A stretch of 64,000 nt of DNA, from assembly GCF_964355755.1 (NCBI RefSeq), contig NC_092678.1, positions 12,274,352-12,338,351 of the forward strand, in the 5' to 3' direction. The translations under genes were made by a program, and so were the position numbers. The DNA comes from Antedon mediterranea (lineage: Eukaryota > Animalia > Echinodermata). The notes beneath the pieces are model-generated. The model had not been told where the DNA came from, ran no database searches, and was given only the letters and a program-made list of their open reading frames with translations. Positions within the stretch are counted from its first letter, which is position 1; each line of letters starts with the position of its first letter. Of this stretch, positions 42,701 to 52,570 are shown one piece after another.

Positions 42701-45532
42701 CCGGTTTTCAGCCATTAAACACAATTATCGTAGGACGGAGGAGATAGGAAAATGCGAATCATCCTCGTATTATTGTGTGCGGGTATTTTTCAAGATGGAC
42801 ATGCATTAGACAGTGTATACCACGACCCGAAAACAACAATGTTTGGGGCAAATCTTTAAACTTAAATTAGTTTTAATTGTCAATAACTAATTATCGAACT
42901 CAATTTAATTAGTGTTACATCAGGTGGTTAAAATTAGTATCGAAAGTACGAACCAACTTTATATACCATCGAGTAAACATTCTAGAAATAACGCACGATT
43001 TACCAAATTTTGCCCTTACTTAAATTTATATATAGATACCGGTAATTTTTTGTATTTGTATTGAAATGTGTTATTTTGATCAAATAAATGAATGAATGAA
43101 TGAATGAATGAATACCAGTAACATTTTCACAAATGTCGATATTTGTTCCAGAATGCAGGTAAAATATTATAATTATTATGCCAATTAAAATTTAATTCTA
43201 TGTATTGTTATTTATATTTATTTTGTGTTGTTATTTTTTTATCATTATTAATGGCTGGGCTGATTTTAATCTTTAGTTAGTTATAACATAATGAAATCTA
43301 AACATTTTTTTATCGTGCGACAGCAGTTCCTATAAAGGGCTGACATCTTTAAATTGGTTAAAAAGTGTGAAAGACAGTTATTACAAAGTACGACAGAGCA
43401 TATGTCCAGAACCTAGACTAGTGCCTGTAGATATAATCTATGACAACTAGATTTAATAATAAAGACATACATTAATTTTTATCTAGATTTCATTATAAAT
43501 CATGCGTATAATATATACACTAAGAAATAAAATTGAACAAAACGGATATTTAATGAGGGTGATCCATTCAGCAATTGCTGATTATTTGGGACCCTCAGGT
43601 AGGGCAATGAGAGTAAAGCATCTTGCCTAATGATGCAATAAGTATGGAACAGATAACCTCGAATCTATGCCTATCACATGTTAGTCCCATATTATCATTA
43701 CACCATCATTCTCCGGTAAATACAGCACCCGCCGCTACATCTAGACGGTATCCTATCCTGAATGCAACCTGGCCCAACGTTGCTTAACTTCGGTGATCTG
43801 ACGAGAACCAGTGTTTCAACGCAGTTTGGCCGTATTAATTACAAACGTGATTTAGTTAATCTTCATGATGGACATACATAAAATTATGTACGTCCATTAT
43901 ATATACGCGTAGACCGCATAATTTTGATTGTGCACCGTGAAAACAAAACCATATCGATTCCTAGCCATAAGAAATATACTTTGACAAAATTGACTTAACT
44001 AGATGAAGCTGATATCAAGATAATTTGACTGACCAAATAGTGCCAAGTAAAAGAATAAATAAATAAACTAGATTTAATTCATCACTACGACGAGTTATAG
44101 GTTATATGCATTGATCTAAATAAATATAATTGATTTTTAAAAGATATAGTAATTGATTAATTTTCTCAGAATCTTTAATTATATTTAATATTGTATGATA
44201 GGATCTTGCTAACGCAAGTACAATAACCGATATCACAACCCGATAACAGATCCCTCTGCGTATGATGTCATAAACCATATTTGTTACATAATAATAAAGA
44301 CATAAGTTAATTTTTATCTAAATTTCATTATAAATTATGTGTATAATCTATATACTAAGAAATAAAAAACAAACAATACGGATAATAAAAAAACCCATCT
44401 TATTTCGTTTCGTTTCCCAAGATGAGACCCGATCCCGGTACATTGAATGCCATAGACACGTACGAGCACAGACCACCGAGTCATACCTAACTGACTAAAA
44501 GCTTGCATAATAATATAACCTAATTAACTGACTAAATTGTAAGGAATACTTACTCCACCGCCTGAAGAAGTTATTTCTGTAAAATTAGATCCATCTGTAC
44601 TGTATTTAACATTGTATTTCGTTACTCTTGACCCTCTTCCTGCAGCTCCTTGAGTGGCCACTTGAGTTACTTGTGTTATGTTACCAAGATCGACTTGGAT
44701 CCAATGTTTACGAGGATTGCCAGTTTTAGCTGCCCAACTACTACTTCCATGAAGTCTTCCTCTAAATGGAGCATAATGAGCATAGTGATCATTTGCCGTC
44801 ATCTGATTATTAGGAATTGCACCACTCTCAATTCCAAGATCATTGTTGCAAGATTCTGTAAGTAGGTAAAATATTTACTCTTTTTAGTCTTAAGGCTAGA
44901 CAAAACTAGCAAACTTCAAATTTTCCACCGTTCGGAAAGTTTGTTTCATAATGTCTATTTGAGGATAACATATCTTTATCCTTAGATGGGATCACATGAC
45001 GCTATCTAAATAAATACATTCTTTAATATTTTAAAAAAGGGTATCTTACTTTTGCACAATCAATTTCAAAATGTCTTCGTTACAGCTGATTACAACATTG
45101 TGTTAAAATAACATTAGTACTAAAATCTAGATTTGATAGAATATTTGAATAGAACTTTCTCCAATATAAATAAGTATGTTATAGTGAACTTAGTGTTACG
45201 TGGCATGTATCTTTTTTATATGTTGATGTAAAATTTACTCCTGGCCATACAAACACCAGAGCTGACCGTCACTTTAGTAACGACTGGCACGAATGTTTTT
45301 TATGGAAATTTTACTACATCCAAATAGAAAAGAAAAAGTGCTATGATGGGAAAAAATATAGGAGAAAGTGGTATGAGAAATTAACGAGTACAGTACAGAA
45401 GAAAAAATACAAAAAAATGTTAATTTCAATTCAGCATACATTATGATTGAATACTAAATTATAACAGATCATACCTTTACTTATATGCAGGGATATCCAA
45501 ATAAAAACACAGACGAGTTTCCAACCATCCAT
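17817..45532 (-). CDS. Secreted multidomain protein gene (signal peptide, F5/8 type C, uncharacterised region, C-type lectin-like, Cys-rich, Asp-box domain), spliced
   Basis: Minus-strand exons 45532-45475, 44855-44554, 34915-34774, 32829-32669, 32360-(32208), 23595-22932, 22434-22245, 21896-21695, 20657-20446, 20268-20055, 19788-19600, 19216-19064, 18784-18584, 17875-17817. Phases fit except across 32360 to 23595. Confidence 0.75.
18027..18216. repeat. Minisatellite, 4 x 47 bp, perfect
   Basis: Unit GAACATATTGCACACAACGTCTCACACTGTACGAATCATTACAACTC at 18027, 18074, 18121, 18168. Confidence 0.95.
18584..18784 (-). CDS. Exon with Asp-box/BNR-like motif
   Basis: tag|ALPMYLHNVIGSDQSKGHIYGIHKDMRSYMRSKDNGVTWHFVSK...|gtgagt; SxDxGxTW. 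Confidence 0.82.
19064..19216 (-). CDS. Exon, C-terminal domain
   Basis: cag|DYYDRGFVITKK...FACNPSYG...SCYVQDDPPNGRWK|gtgagt. Confidence 0.8.
19600..19788 (-). CDS. Exon, Cys-rich module (8 Cys)
   Basis: cag|EIRVPNY...TCVCHYDLGSNQCDCCVAGAHKCEDGKHTVCVRDSSNCPVS|gtact. Confidence 0.82.
20055..20268 (-). CDS. C-type lectin-like domain, second exon
   Basis: tag|GDEFKWTDGSSASYTKWLPNRPG...KDC...GGWDVMECTAILPAICEY|gtagt. Confidence 0.88.
20446..20657 (-). CDS. C-type lectin-like domain, first exon
   Basis: aag|VCRPGYTPYKKTCYRVFNDTLETWDAAKVACEADNAQLVTI...YWIGLKDVG|gtaag. Confidence 0.9.
20940..21583. mobile_element. Possible solo LTR
   Basis: TGTCATGTATTC ... GAGTTCGTGACA imperfect terminal inverted repeat with TG...CA; no TSD recognised. 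Confidence 0.4.
21695..21896 (-). CDS. Exon of minus-strand gene
   Basis: acag|LGTIQIAAKPTFRVRLG...RPDIGCG|gtaagc; phase 0-1. Confidence 0.8.
22245..22434 (-). CDS. Exon of minus-strand gene
   Basis: tag|EDVILLIAIWHEGNSTGKAVDVTF...PVRLN|gtaagt; phase 2-0. Confidence 0.8.
22932..23595 (-). CDS. Large exon of minus-strand gene (beta-rich uncharacterised domain)
   Basis: About 220 open codons bounded by tag| and |gtgagt; alternating hydrophobic pattern. Confidence 0.85.
26101..31671 (+). mobile_element. 5'-truncated CR1/L2-group LINE (RT C-terminus), interrupted by DNA transposon
   Basis: FLAMIND...KYVDD...KANKKMFMIR|KLREAGL...RPVLEYAAPLWH reads in frame after removing 26476-31046; AATAAA and (CT)n tail. 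Confidence 0.88.
26476..31043. mobile_element. Academ-type (XPG-domain) DNA transposon, defective palindromic derivative
   Basis: Termini TAGTAGGC...GCCTACTA, 3-bp TSD TAA (26473-75, 31044-46), subterminal ~150-bp repeats, XPG/FEN1-like motifs (LDG, EEADER, TVDSDV, SGCD..SS.GKGK) and a Cys-rich C-terminus. Confidence 0.8.
32208..32360 (-). CDS. Probable exon of minus-strand gene, 3' boundary uncertain
   Basis: Strong acceptor (poly-T then cag|FDISNCLFKWTLVGNGKTDSTTT); donor either gtaag near 32291 or, with a frameshift, gttaag at 32207. Confidence 0.5.
32669..32829 (-). CDS. Exon of minus-strand gene
   Basis: tag|VTNTVMNVNATLNDAHAIDYYGAGDELKIDFFVNTTG...ENME|gtaaa. Confidence 0.75.
32870..33015. 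repeat. Compound trinucleotide microsatellite (CAT/CAC)n-(GTT)n-(ATT)n
   Basis: Directly visible. Confidence 0.9.
33013..33766 (+). mobile_element. LINE 3' fragment (CR1/L2/Jockey group)
   Basis: LYKALILPVVTYCCCMWAP...LERVQRKATR...PRLWEQLP; AATAAA plus (ATT)n tail. Confidence 0.85.
33801..33840 (+). ncRNA. Minimal hammerhead ribozyme, second family (Penelope-like fragment ~33780-33940)
   Basis: ctt-CTGAGGA-c-GATTAA agcata TTGATC-GAAA-c-GTC-gag; palindromic ACGT stem III. Confidence 0.7.
34774..34915 (-). CDS. F5/8 type C (discoidin) domain, C-terminal exon
   Basis: tag|RFSGNVIDSESVVTNSFFSPVNARYIRIYPY...LRMELYGCA|gtatt. Confidence 0.9.
35115..35337 (+). mobile_element. Penelope-like pLTR fragment with mutated hammerhead (35213-35249)
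   Basis: Homologous to 17440-17570; GAAA box changed to TAAA. Confidence 0.75.
35651..35997 (+). mobile_element. tRNA-derived SINE with Meta-like central domain
   Basis: A box TGGCCGAG, B box GGTTCGAGGC, core CTTCTCGGATAAGGACTATAAACCGTAGGTCC...TAAAGAACC; A-rich tail; related copy at 49399-49759. Confidence 0.75.
36100..36640 (+). mobile_element. Diverged Helentron/DINE-1-like fragment
   Basis: Collinear with 56290-56930. Confidence 0.7.
36641..36736 (-). ncRNA. Penelope-like fragment with intact hammerhead core (36700-36736)
   Basis: Reverse complement GCACTGATGAAGGGCTAGTGTTGCCCGAAAGCTCTG is identical to 17448-17483. Confidence 0.8.
36806..36877 (+). pseudogene. tRNA-like sequence (Asp-like, anticodon ATC) inside a repeat element
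   Basis: 72 nt; acceptor GCCACAG/TTGGGGC, anticodon arm CTGC-ATATCAA-GCAG, T arm CCGAG-TTCGAGT-CTCGG; mismatches indicate non-functional or SINE-derived. Confidence 0.6.
36981..37128 (-). mobile_element. Helitron 5'-end fragment
   Basis: Reverse complement matches 1770-1915. Confidence 0.7.
38050..41010 (+). mobile_element. Degenerate CR1/L2-group LINE with SGNH-esterase ORF1 remnant and RT
   Basis: IIFVDNENNF...DESLLCADGLHLSESG near 38430-38535; RT motifs LDVQKAFDSVNH, GVHQGS, YTDD; (AAATC)n tail; endonuclease region missing. Confidence 0.85.
41017..43036 (-). mobile_element. Non-autonomous Helitron copy (reverse), interrupted by Helentron-like element
   Basis: A|TCTATATATAAATTT at 43036 and CCATCTAG|T at 41017 on minus strand; collinear with copy 2. 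Confidence 0.82.
41915..42647 (-). mobile_element. Helentron/DINE-1-like element
   Basis: Subterminal inverted repeat AGTCGCGTG/CACGCGACT, terminal hairpin, tetranucleotide microsatellites, inserted in a T run without TSD. Confidence 0.78.
43548..43836 (-). mobile_element. 5S rRNA-derived (plus degenerate tRNA-like) SINE
   Basis: Minus strand TACGGCCAAACTGCGTTGAAACACTGGTTCTCGTCAGATCACCGAAGTTAAGCAACG...GGTGCTGTA matches 5S rRNA, followed by degenerate A/B boxes and TAGGCAAGATGCTTTACTCTCATTGCC. Confidence 0.65.
43719..43836 (-). pseudogene. 5S rRNA-like sequence (diverged)
   Basis: 5' half and A box region (AGTTAAGC) conserved; C box region degenerate; single non-tandem copy. Confidence 0.75.
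44554..44855 (-). CDS. F5/8 type C (discoidin) domain, N-terminal exon
   Basis: cag|SCNNDLGIESGAIPNNQMTA...GRLHGSSSWAA...WIQVDLG...VATQG...VTKYNVKYSTDG|gtaagt. Confidence 0.92.
45475..45532 (-). CDS. Probable first coding exon (signal peptide)
   Basis: ATG MDGWKLVCVFIWISLHISK then g|gtatg; phase 1 fits discoidin exon. Confidence 0.6.
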
Positions 45533-46027
45533 TATTGATAAGAACTATTTACCGCCGCAACATTGTCCAACCCGACGAAAATAAAAAAACACAAATGCAT
45601 TATAACAATTTGTTAACAGGCATCAAATATCACTTAATGATCTTAAATAAGGAATATCACATTGCTAATTAATTATAATTATTATTCAAGGCTAAAAGTA
45701 GAATTTTTTTTTGAATTAATTAAATAAATACATAATTTATTTTGGGTCACTAAAAAAAGAAGGAAAAAAGCACATAATTTTCAAGTAAAATGTCATATAT
45801 TTATTAACTTACGGGAAACAGAATGATACTTATATTGTAAAAGGTTTAATAATGAGATTATTTTGTTTTGATATTAGATAATTATACTTTCATGAGAGCG
45901 GCATTAAACTTGCTCATAAAACCAAAACGTGCAAAGTAATACAGAATTGTGTATTATCCATTGTCACGGGTAAATTGGATGGCAACCCTTTTATTCTAAT
46001 ACGAATAATGACAATACTGTATTGCTA

Positions 46028-46190
46028 AAGCTTGGTTTTCACTAGAGACGCAAGACAAGGACGTACGTATAAGTAACGAAAGCGAGTTGACCAATAACAA
46101 GCGGTAGATCGAATATAACCCACCGATTGTGATTGGTCAAATCACTTACTTTGCGTTACGTCATTAAGTTGTATCTCTATGTTTAAGCTT
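46028..46190. mobile_element. Short palindromic MITE
   Basis: Imperfect inverted symmetry around TTGACCAATAACAA / TTGTGATTGGTCAA. Confidence 0.45.
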
Positions 46191-47075
46191 GATGTTCACG
46201 TGTGTCGTTAGTTCAAAGGGTTCATACTAATTGAAAATTACCACGAATAGAAAATAAAAACCTGGTTTCTACAGTGCTTTACATGTGAATAATTTTGAAA
46301 TGCTCAAAATGTTCTCTAAATTAATTTTCTGAATTTGTTATTTTTGAAACCTATTTTCCTAGTTTCTATACTTTTGTTAAATTTCATCGAAGAATATAGT
46401 TTATGATCAATTCTTATTATGATCAATACTGAAAATTAATTATCTTTTAATTATATTTTTTTCTAGTAAAATAACATACATAATATTGGTGAATACAATA
46501 TAGCTTAGTGGTTTCAGTGATTGACGTGGCTTATTACTAGGCAGTTTGGGCAACTTCCAAATTCTTATTTTTAAAACTTGTGCATTTTGTGTAGTGTGAC
46601 ATCAATACTGCATTATAAAACCGATTTTGATGCATTTCGTCATGCTAGGTCTACAGCTAGTGTACGATGTTCGTACGTTACGCTATTTACCAGCTAGGTT
46701 TACTAAACTAGGCCTAAGAACGTTCACGAGAGGACATTCTACGCGAGAAACTTTCTCTCTTTTTAACATAATTTACCATAAAACGTACATTTAAGACAAG
46801 GAATGACCTGGTTTAATTTTTTTAAAGTAAATGCATTATTTTTACAAAACGTAACAAATTGTAGGTCTAGTGTCTCTGAACGCGGCACAGATCATATTTT
46901 GTAAGCAAAACAAAGTTTGATTATGTTTTATTATTCACCTTATTTATTCAATCAAAAATGTATTACAAGTAGTGGCTCAAAGTACCAAATAGCTTGTAAT
47001 ATTACAGTTAAAAAGAATAATGTATAAACATACAAAATATCCAAAACAACATAACAAAATATAGCAAAAATCCCA

Positions 47076-47222
47076 AAACAGGCCAACAGCCATAAGTCGC
47101 GTGCTAAAACGCATAGTGATACCGGACCGACAGACATACCGACAGACCGACAGACCGACAGACCGACCGACCGACCGACCGACCGACATAGTGAACTATA
47201 GAGTCGCGTCCACGCGTCTAAA
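47076..47222 (+). mobile_element. Short (solo-repeat) Helentron-like element
   Basis: Both termini of the 56135-56951 element joined around a single microsatellite repeat unit. Confidence 0.75.
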
Positions 47223-47584
47223 AACAAGATTGTAGCAGAATCATCAGAGAGAAGGGTGTCACAAAGGTCACTTTCGTCCGGCGGGCCACCGGGTAGGCTC
47301 CCCATACTTCATCGGCTTCGCCACCGAAGCCCTGGAGAAGGTTACAGGGAAGGAGGCCAGTGAGGAGGCCAATTAATTGACTGTCCTTCGTCGAGTGCAG
47401 ACGTGTTTGAGCGGAGCTCTCACACGTATACGTTTTTAGATACAGTACTCGCTTACCTGTGATAGCATGTTGCAAGGATAAGCTACTAACTGCATGAGAC
47501 CTGTATACCTACCTGGATAGTGAACGTATCGGTTGCATTAAATATAGGTACACTTTTGTTATTTATTCTAACTAAACATCTACA

Positions 47585-48433
47585 ATGGCCAACGTGGAAA
47601 ACAAAGAGCCAAATATTTCTAATTTAAATATTAGCGCCGCTGAACCGAACACCTGGCTGTCGACTCTCATCAAGTCAATCATGGGCTGCAAAACCATTGC
47701 TGATATTAAATCTACATTATGCGATGCAGTCACCAAGATTGTCTCCTTGGAAAAAGACATTACCATCCTCAATCTTGAAATCACCGGTTTACAAAAAGAA
47801 CTGAGGAATTTGCACGCCGATATGCAGAAAAATTCTGATTTCATAGATGTTAAGCTGAAGGATATTGCCGAGGATACGCAGCAATCCACTACGGAATGCA
47901 TAGAAGAGATACGCGACAAAATCGACAACCTAGAAGGACGTCAACGCCGTAACAATCTGAGGTTTACTGGCATACCCGAACAAGCGGAGGATAGTGAAGG
48001 TACTGTTAATTTCCTTTCCTCATTTATTTCCAATACCACCGGCATCAAAATCGCTAATGATGATATACAACGAGCCCATCGAGTTGGACCACGTAATACC
48101 ACCAGGGATAAACCGAGACCACTTGTTGCATACTTTCTCAGATATTCCACTAAAGAAAGAGTACGCAAGGCAGCTCCAAAGGTGAGACCTAAATTTAAAG
48201 ATAATAACATCTACGTAAATAATGATTTTACCAGCAGAGTGATAAGTAGAAGAAAGGCATTATACTCATCGATGAAATACCTGCATTCCAACAAAGTAAA
48301 GGCCTGGCTCCACCTTGACAAATTGCGTTACATAGATGCAAATGGTTATGTTCGCACATTCATCGACATGGATCATCTTGCCAAATACTACCCGAACCTC
48401 AAGGAAGCACATGCCCCCGTAGCTACTGAGTAA
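47585..48433 (+). CDS. LINE ORF1 (coiled coil + RRM, L1-ORF1-like)
   Basis: LEGRQRRNNLRFTGIPE, IQRAHRVG, KPRPLVAYF, IYVNNDFT; intact 282 aa. Confidence 0.9.
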   Translation: MANVENKEPNISNLNISAAEPNTWLSTLIKSIMGCKTIADIKSTLCDAVTKIVSLEKDITILNLEITGLQKELRNLHADMQKNSDFIDVKLKDIAEDTQQSTTECIEEIRDKIDNLEGRQRRNNLRFTGIPEQAEDSEGTVNFLSSFISNTTGIKIANDDIQRAHRVGPRNTTRDKPRPLVAYFLRYSTKERVRKAAPKVRPKFKDNNIYVNNDFTSRVISRRKALYSSMKYLHSNKVKAWLHLDKLRYIDANGYVRTFIDMDHLAKYYPNLKEAHAPVATE

Positions 48434-48617
48434 TTCTAGTCGTCGCAATAATTTAACTTTACTTTGACTCTACTTACCGTCAACCGAAATATTACCTATA
48501 ATATATTTTTATTTCAAGAATTGTTTATTTTGCTTCTCATTAATTATGTATTAATGTATACAGTCTCATGCATGCTTATTGCTGTATTTCTTTTTTAGAT
48601 AACGCTATACGCAGCTA

Positions 48618-51600
48618 TTGTTAATGAATGTTAATTATCTTCACTTACTTCCTTTTTATGACTTTAATGTGAACTCTGAACTTACTAACAACAATGATAT
48701 TTCTAACATAACCTTTAATCCAGTTAATTACAATGAAAATGACAAATATGATGAATCTTTTGATCAACTAATTAATAATCTCAATTCACAGTCAGTTACC
48801 CTAGATGAATGCAGCTTTTATGATTATTCACAATTTAATTCTAAGTTTAATACATCCTTTAATACTAAACTATCTCTCCTGCATCTTAATATTAGAAGTA
48901 TTACGCATAAAGTTAATGATCTCGAATGCCTTTTGAATTCAATTAATAACAAATTTTCCATAATCGGTATCAGTGAAACATGGCTTAATGAAAACTCCCC
49001 TATTCCTTTCATTAATAACTACTCCTTCTTTGCAAGCAATAGAAGCAATAATCAAATTGGCGGAGGAGTTGCATTTTTTATACGTAATGATATTAGCATT
49101 ACAATTCGATATGACTTAAAATTACCAGACGACCTTTCCGAATCACTTTTTGTTGAGATTGAAAATTCAAAGACAAAAAATGATATTATAGGCATTATTT
49201 ACAGAGCCCCCTGTGGAGGGCTAGATTCTTTTACTAAATCCGTCGATAATGTATTAACCCAAATTAACAATGAAAACAAAAATTGTAATCTCATGGGCGA
49301 CTTCAATATTGATTTATTAAAATTCCATAACCATAAATTAACAAACAACTATTTCAAAACCAACTAGGATTACCTCAACTTCGGCCACCTTGATTGATTT
49401 TATTTTATTTTATTTTATGTCTTTTGGCACTGTGGCCAAGGATTACCAATAGTGAATTAATCACTGTCCTATCAGATAGGTGGTAATCCCCCTGATACAG
49501 AGGCTATTGTGTGAACCAGTTCACCGGGGTAACCCCCTACTCTTTTTCGAATAATGAACTGGGTTCTTTAAAGTACACACAGGTTATAACTGTGTACACT
49601 GGACCTACGGTTTATAGTCCTTATCCGAGAAGACTTGTTCCACCACCAGAACTAGGAGCGAGTCGGCCTCGAACCCTTGCCGATGTTGTTGTTGGCTCTT
49701 TAGGTACGATAAACGGCGCCCCTGCCTTAACCGCTCGGCCATATGACTCGCTCATGACATGACTGATCATTTTTATTCCAAACAATCTAACTATAAAATA
49801 GTTGCTGGTGTTTTACTTAATGATATCTCCGACCACCTTCCTATATTTCAGTTCATTGATCAAGAAATTAATGATCAAAACCTTGATGATAATAGCGCCA
49901 ACTATTCATTTCGTATAAACGACCTAAATGCCTTATCGATTGATTTAGAAGGTGAAGACTGGTCTATGATATTTGATTGTGACCCAAGATTGAGTTTTGA
50001 TATATTTATTGAAAAATTTACAAATATCCACTCCAGACACTTGGTTAAAAGTAGTATAAAATCAAATAAAACGTTTAAACAACCATGGATGTCATCTGCT
50101 CTCTTAAAATGTAGTTCTCGGAAACATAAACTTTATAACAAATATATGCACACACGTAGTAATAATGACAAATTAAACTATACAAAATATAATAATATTT
50201 TCACTAATCTTTGTCGCACTGCTAAAAAGAATTATTATACTTCCCAGTTTGATAGATATAAAGGTAATCTGAAGAACACATGGCTTGTAATAAATTCTGT
50301 TTTAAATAAAGGTAATAATAATAACAAGCACCCGAATCTAATTAAAGACGGTGATAATATTTACAAAACTCAAAAAGAGATATGTGAATCGTTTAACAAC
50401 TATTTTTCTACAATTGGTCCTAATCTTATTAATAGTATGCCAACTAATATAACTGATCCATTATCTTATCTTCATTCTGCGTTTGCCAACTCATTTTATA
50501 TTAGCCCAGTTTCAATTGATGATGTTAACCTAACTATATACAATCTAAATTCTAATAAAGGGTCTGGATCTGACGGTATTACTGCTCGTGTCTTAAAATC
50601 TGTATCTCCCTTAATCATCCACCAACTTACCCATTGTATAAATTCATCTTTTTTATCTGGCACTTTTCCAACACACTTAAAACTAGCTAAAGTTGTGCCC
50701 ATTTTCAAGAAAGGTGAACGAAGTCAATTATCTAATTACCGGCCAATATCACTACTTTCAGTGTTTTCCAAAATTATTGAAAAACTCATGTATTCTAAAC
50801 TTTCTGATTATCTCACAAAATTTGATATACTTAATAAACGCCAATATGGTTTTCGAAAAAATCACTCTACATCCCATGCCGTTTTAGATCTTATTAATAA
50901 TATTACAAATTCATTTGAATCAAAAGAAAATTTATTAAGTTTATTTATTGATCTTTCAAAGGCCTTCGATGTTATTAATCACGATAATTTAATTAAAAAA
51001 CTTGAGTGCTATGGAATTAGAGGTATTTCATTGAATTGGTTTAATAGTTATTTGAAAGATAGAAAACAATATGTTGCATTAGGATCTTGTACATCGTCGA
51101 CGATGGATATTACTTGCGGAGTGCCACAGGGATCTGTGCTTGGGCCATTGCTCTTCCTTATTTATGTTAATGATCTGGCTAATGTCAGTAACAAATTGCA
51201 AGTAATATCCTTCGCCGACGACACCACCTTATTTTACTCTAATTCCAATATTGATTTATTATTTACTACATTCAATGATGAATTAACAAAATTTTGTGAC
51301 TGGTTTATTTCAAACAAATTACTTATTAATACTCTTAAAACAAATTATTTAATTTTTCACAATTCTCAACGTAAACTAAAAGTTGATGACCTAAATATAC
51401 TTCTTGGCGGAATTCAAATTGAACGCAAAACTGAAACACTTTTTTTAGGTGTATATATTCATGAAAACCTCAAATGGACCAGTCATCAAAATTACGTTTC
51501 GAAAAAAATATCAAGATCTATTAGTATTATTAACAGACTTAAGCACTTCTTCCCTCTAAATATTTTAATTTCTCTTTATAACACACTTGTACTTCCTTAT

Positions 51601-52047
51601 TTCCAGTATTGTAACATTATTTGGGCTGCAGATTACTCTTCTAATATTGCTAGATTAACTAAATTACAAAAACGTGCAGCTAGAATTATTACTTTTTCAC
51701 CATATAGAACCTCATCTGAACCCCTTTTTAAACGTCTTGGTATATTAAAATTAACGGATATCCACAATGTTCAAGTTGCCAGTTTTATGTTTAATTATTT
51801 TAAAAACCAACTTCCTATTTCTATGATTGATATGCTCTGTAAACGTACCAAATTTCACAATTACAATTTAAGAACTTCTCATTTAAACATTCCTTTTGCT
51901 AGACTTACATAAACTAAATTTTTTATAACTATATCAGGTCCTAATTTGTGGAATCATATCCCACCAAATATCAAAACGTCAATATCATTATTTACTTTTC
52001 GAAAAAAGTTAAAGAATCATTATATATCTAAATATTATACTGCTTAG
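48618..52047 (+). pseudogene. LINE ORF2 (AP endonuclease + reverse transcriptase), disrupted
   Basis: HLNIRS, SETWL, MGDFN, SDHLP; DLSKAFD, GVPQGSVLGP, FADD. Deletion/frameshift near 49355, SINE insertion, premature TAA at 51910 with GPNLWN continuing to TAG at 52047. Confidence 0.9.
49399..49759 (-). mobile_element. tRNA-derived Meta-like SINE inserted in LINE ORF2
   Basis: 8-bp TSD TGATTGAT/TGACTGAT (49391-98, 49760-67); A box TGGCCGAGCGG, B box GGTTCGAGGCC; A-rich tail. Confidence 0.85.
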
Positions 52048-52570
52048 TTAATATGCTTATTATCATTATTTATACTCATATACTATTTATGTCTTACACA
52101 AAATATTAGTTGTTGTTTATTATTGCAATCTTTAATCTATACTATATATAATGTATATATAGTATATACTATATATATACTGGAATTATAATTTATGTAT
52201 ACATATTTTTTTTTTCATTTACCAATATCGGTAGTTATTTCATTTATAATTATCATGAAACTATTGAAATATAATTTAAATAATTTTTATAAAGAAGATG
52301 TTAGTTATGTTATTATACTGTAATTTTTTATCCTAAATTATATAATTATATATTCTAGGTTATTTTTATTTTTTTAGTAATGTGTTTTGTTATGGGTCCC
52401 TACGAGACAAGGTTTTAACTTCTAGAAGGGATCCATGATAATAATGACTACCAATTACTGCTTTATCTATGTTCACTTTAATATCTTTTTTCTATTTTGT
52501 ATATATTCATTCATTATTATCTAAATAAATATTATCTGAATCTGAATCTATTATCTGAATCTGAATCTGA

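Larger units (their letters stand above)
47370..52570 (+). mobile_element. Near full-length CR1/L2-group LINE (ORF1 + APE-RT ORF2)
   Basis: 5'UTR GCAGACGTGTTT...GAGCTCT, ORF1, ORF2, 3' stem-loop GGGTCCC...GGGATCC, (TCTGAA)n tail. Confidence 0.92.

Noticed and set aside
43719-43836. Functional 5S rRNA gene
   Set aside because: 3' half and C box diverged, no tandem array, no strong oligo-T terminator.
47270-47345. HDV-like ribozyme in LINE 5'UTR
   Set aside because: Only a single GGCTTCG/CGAAGCC hairpin is visible; no nested double pseudoknot could be built, and the segment seems to lie outside the LINE.
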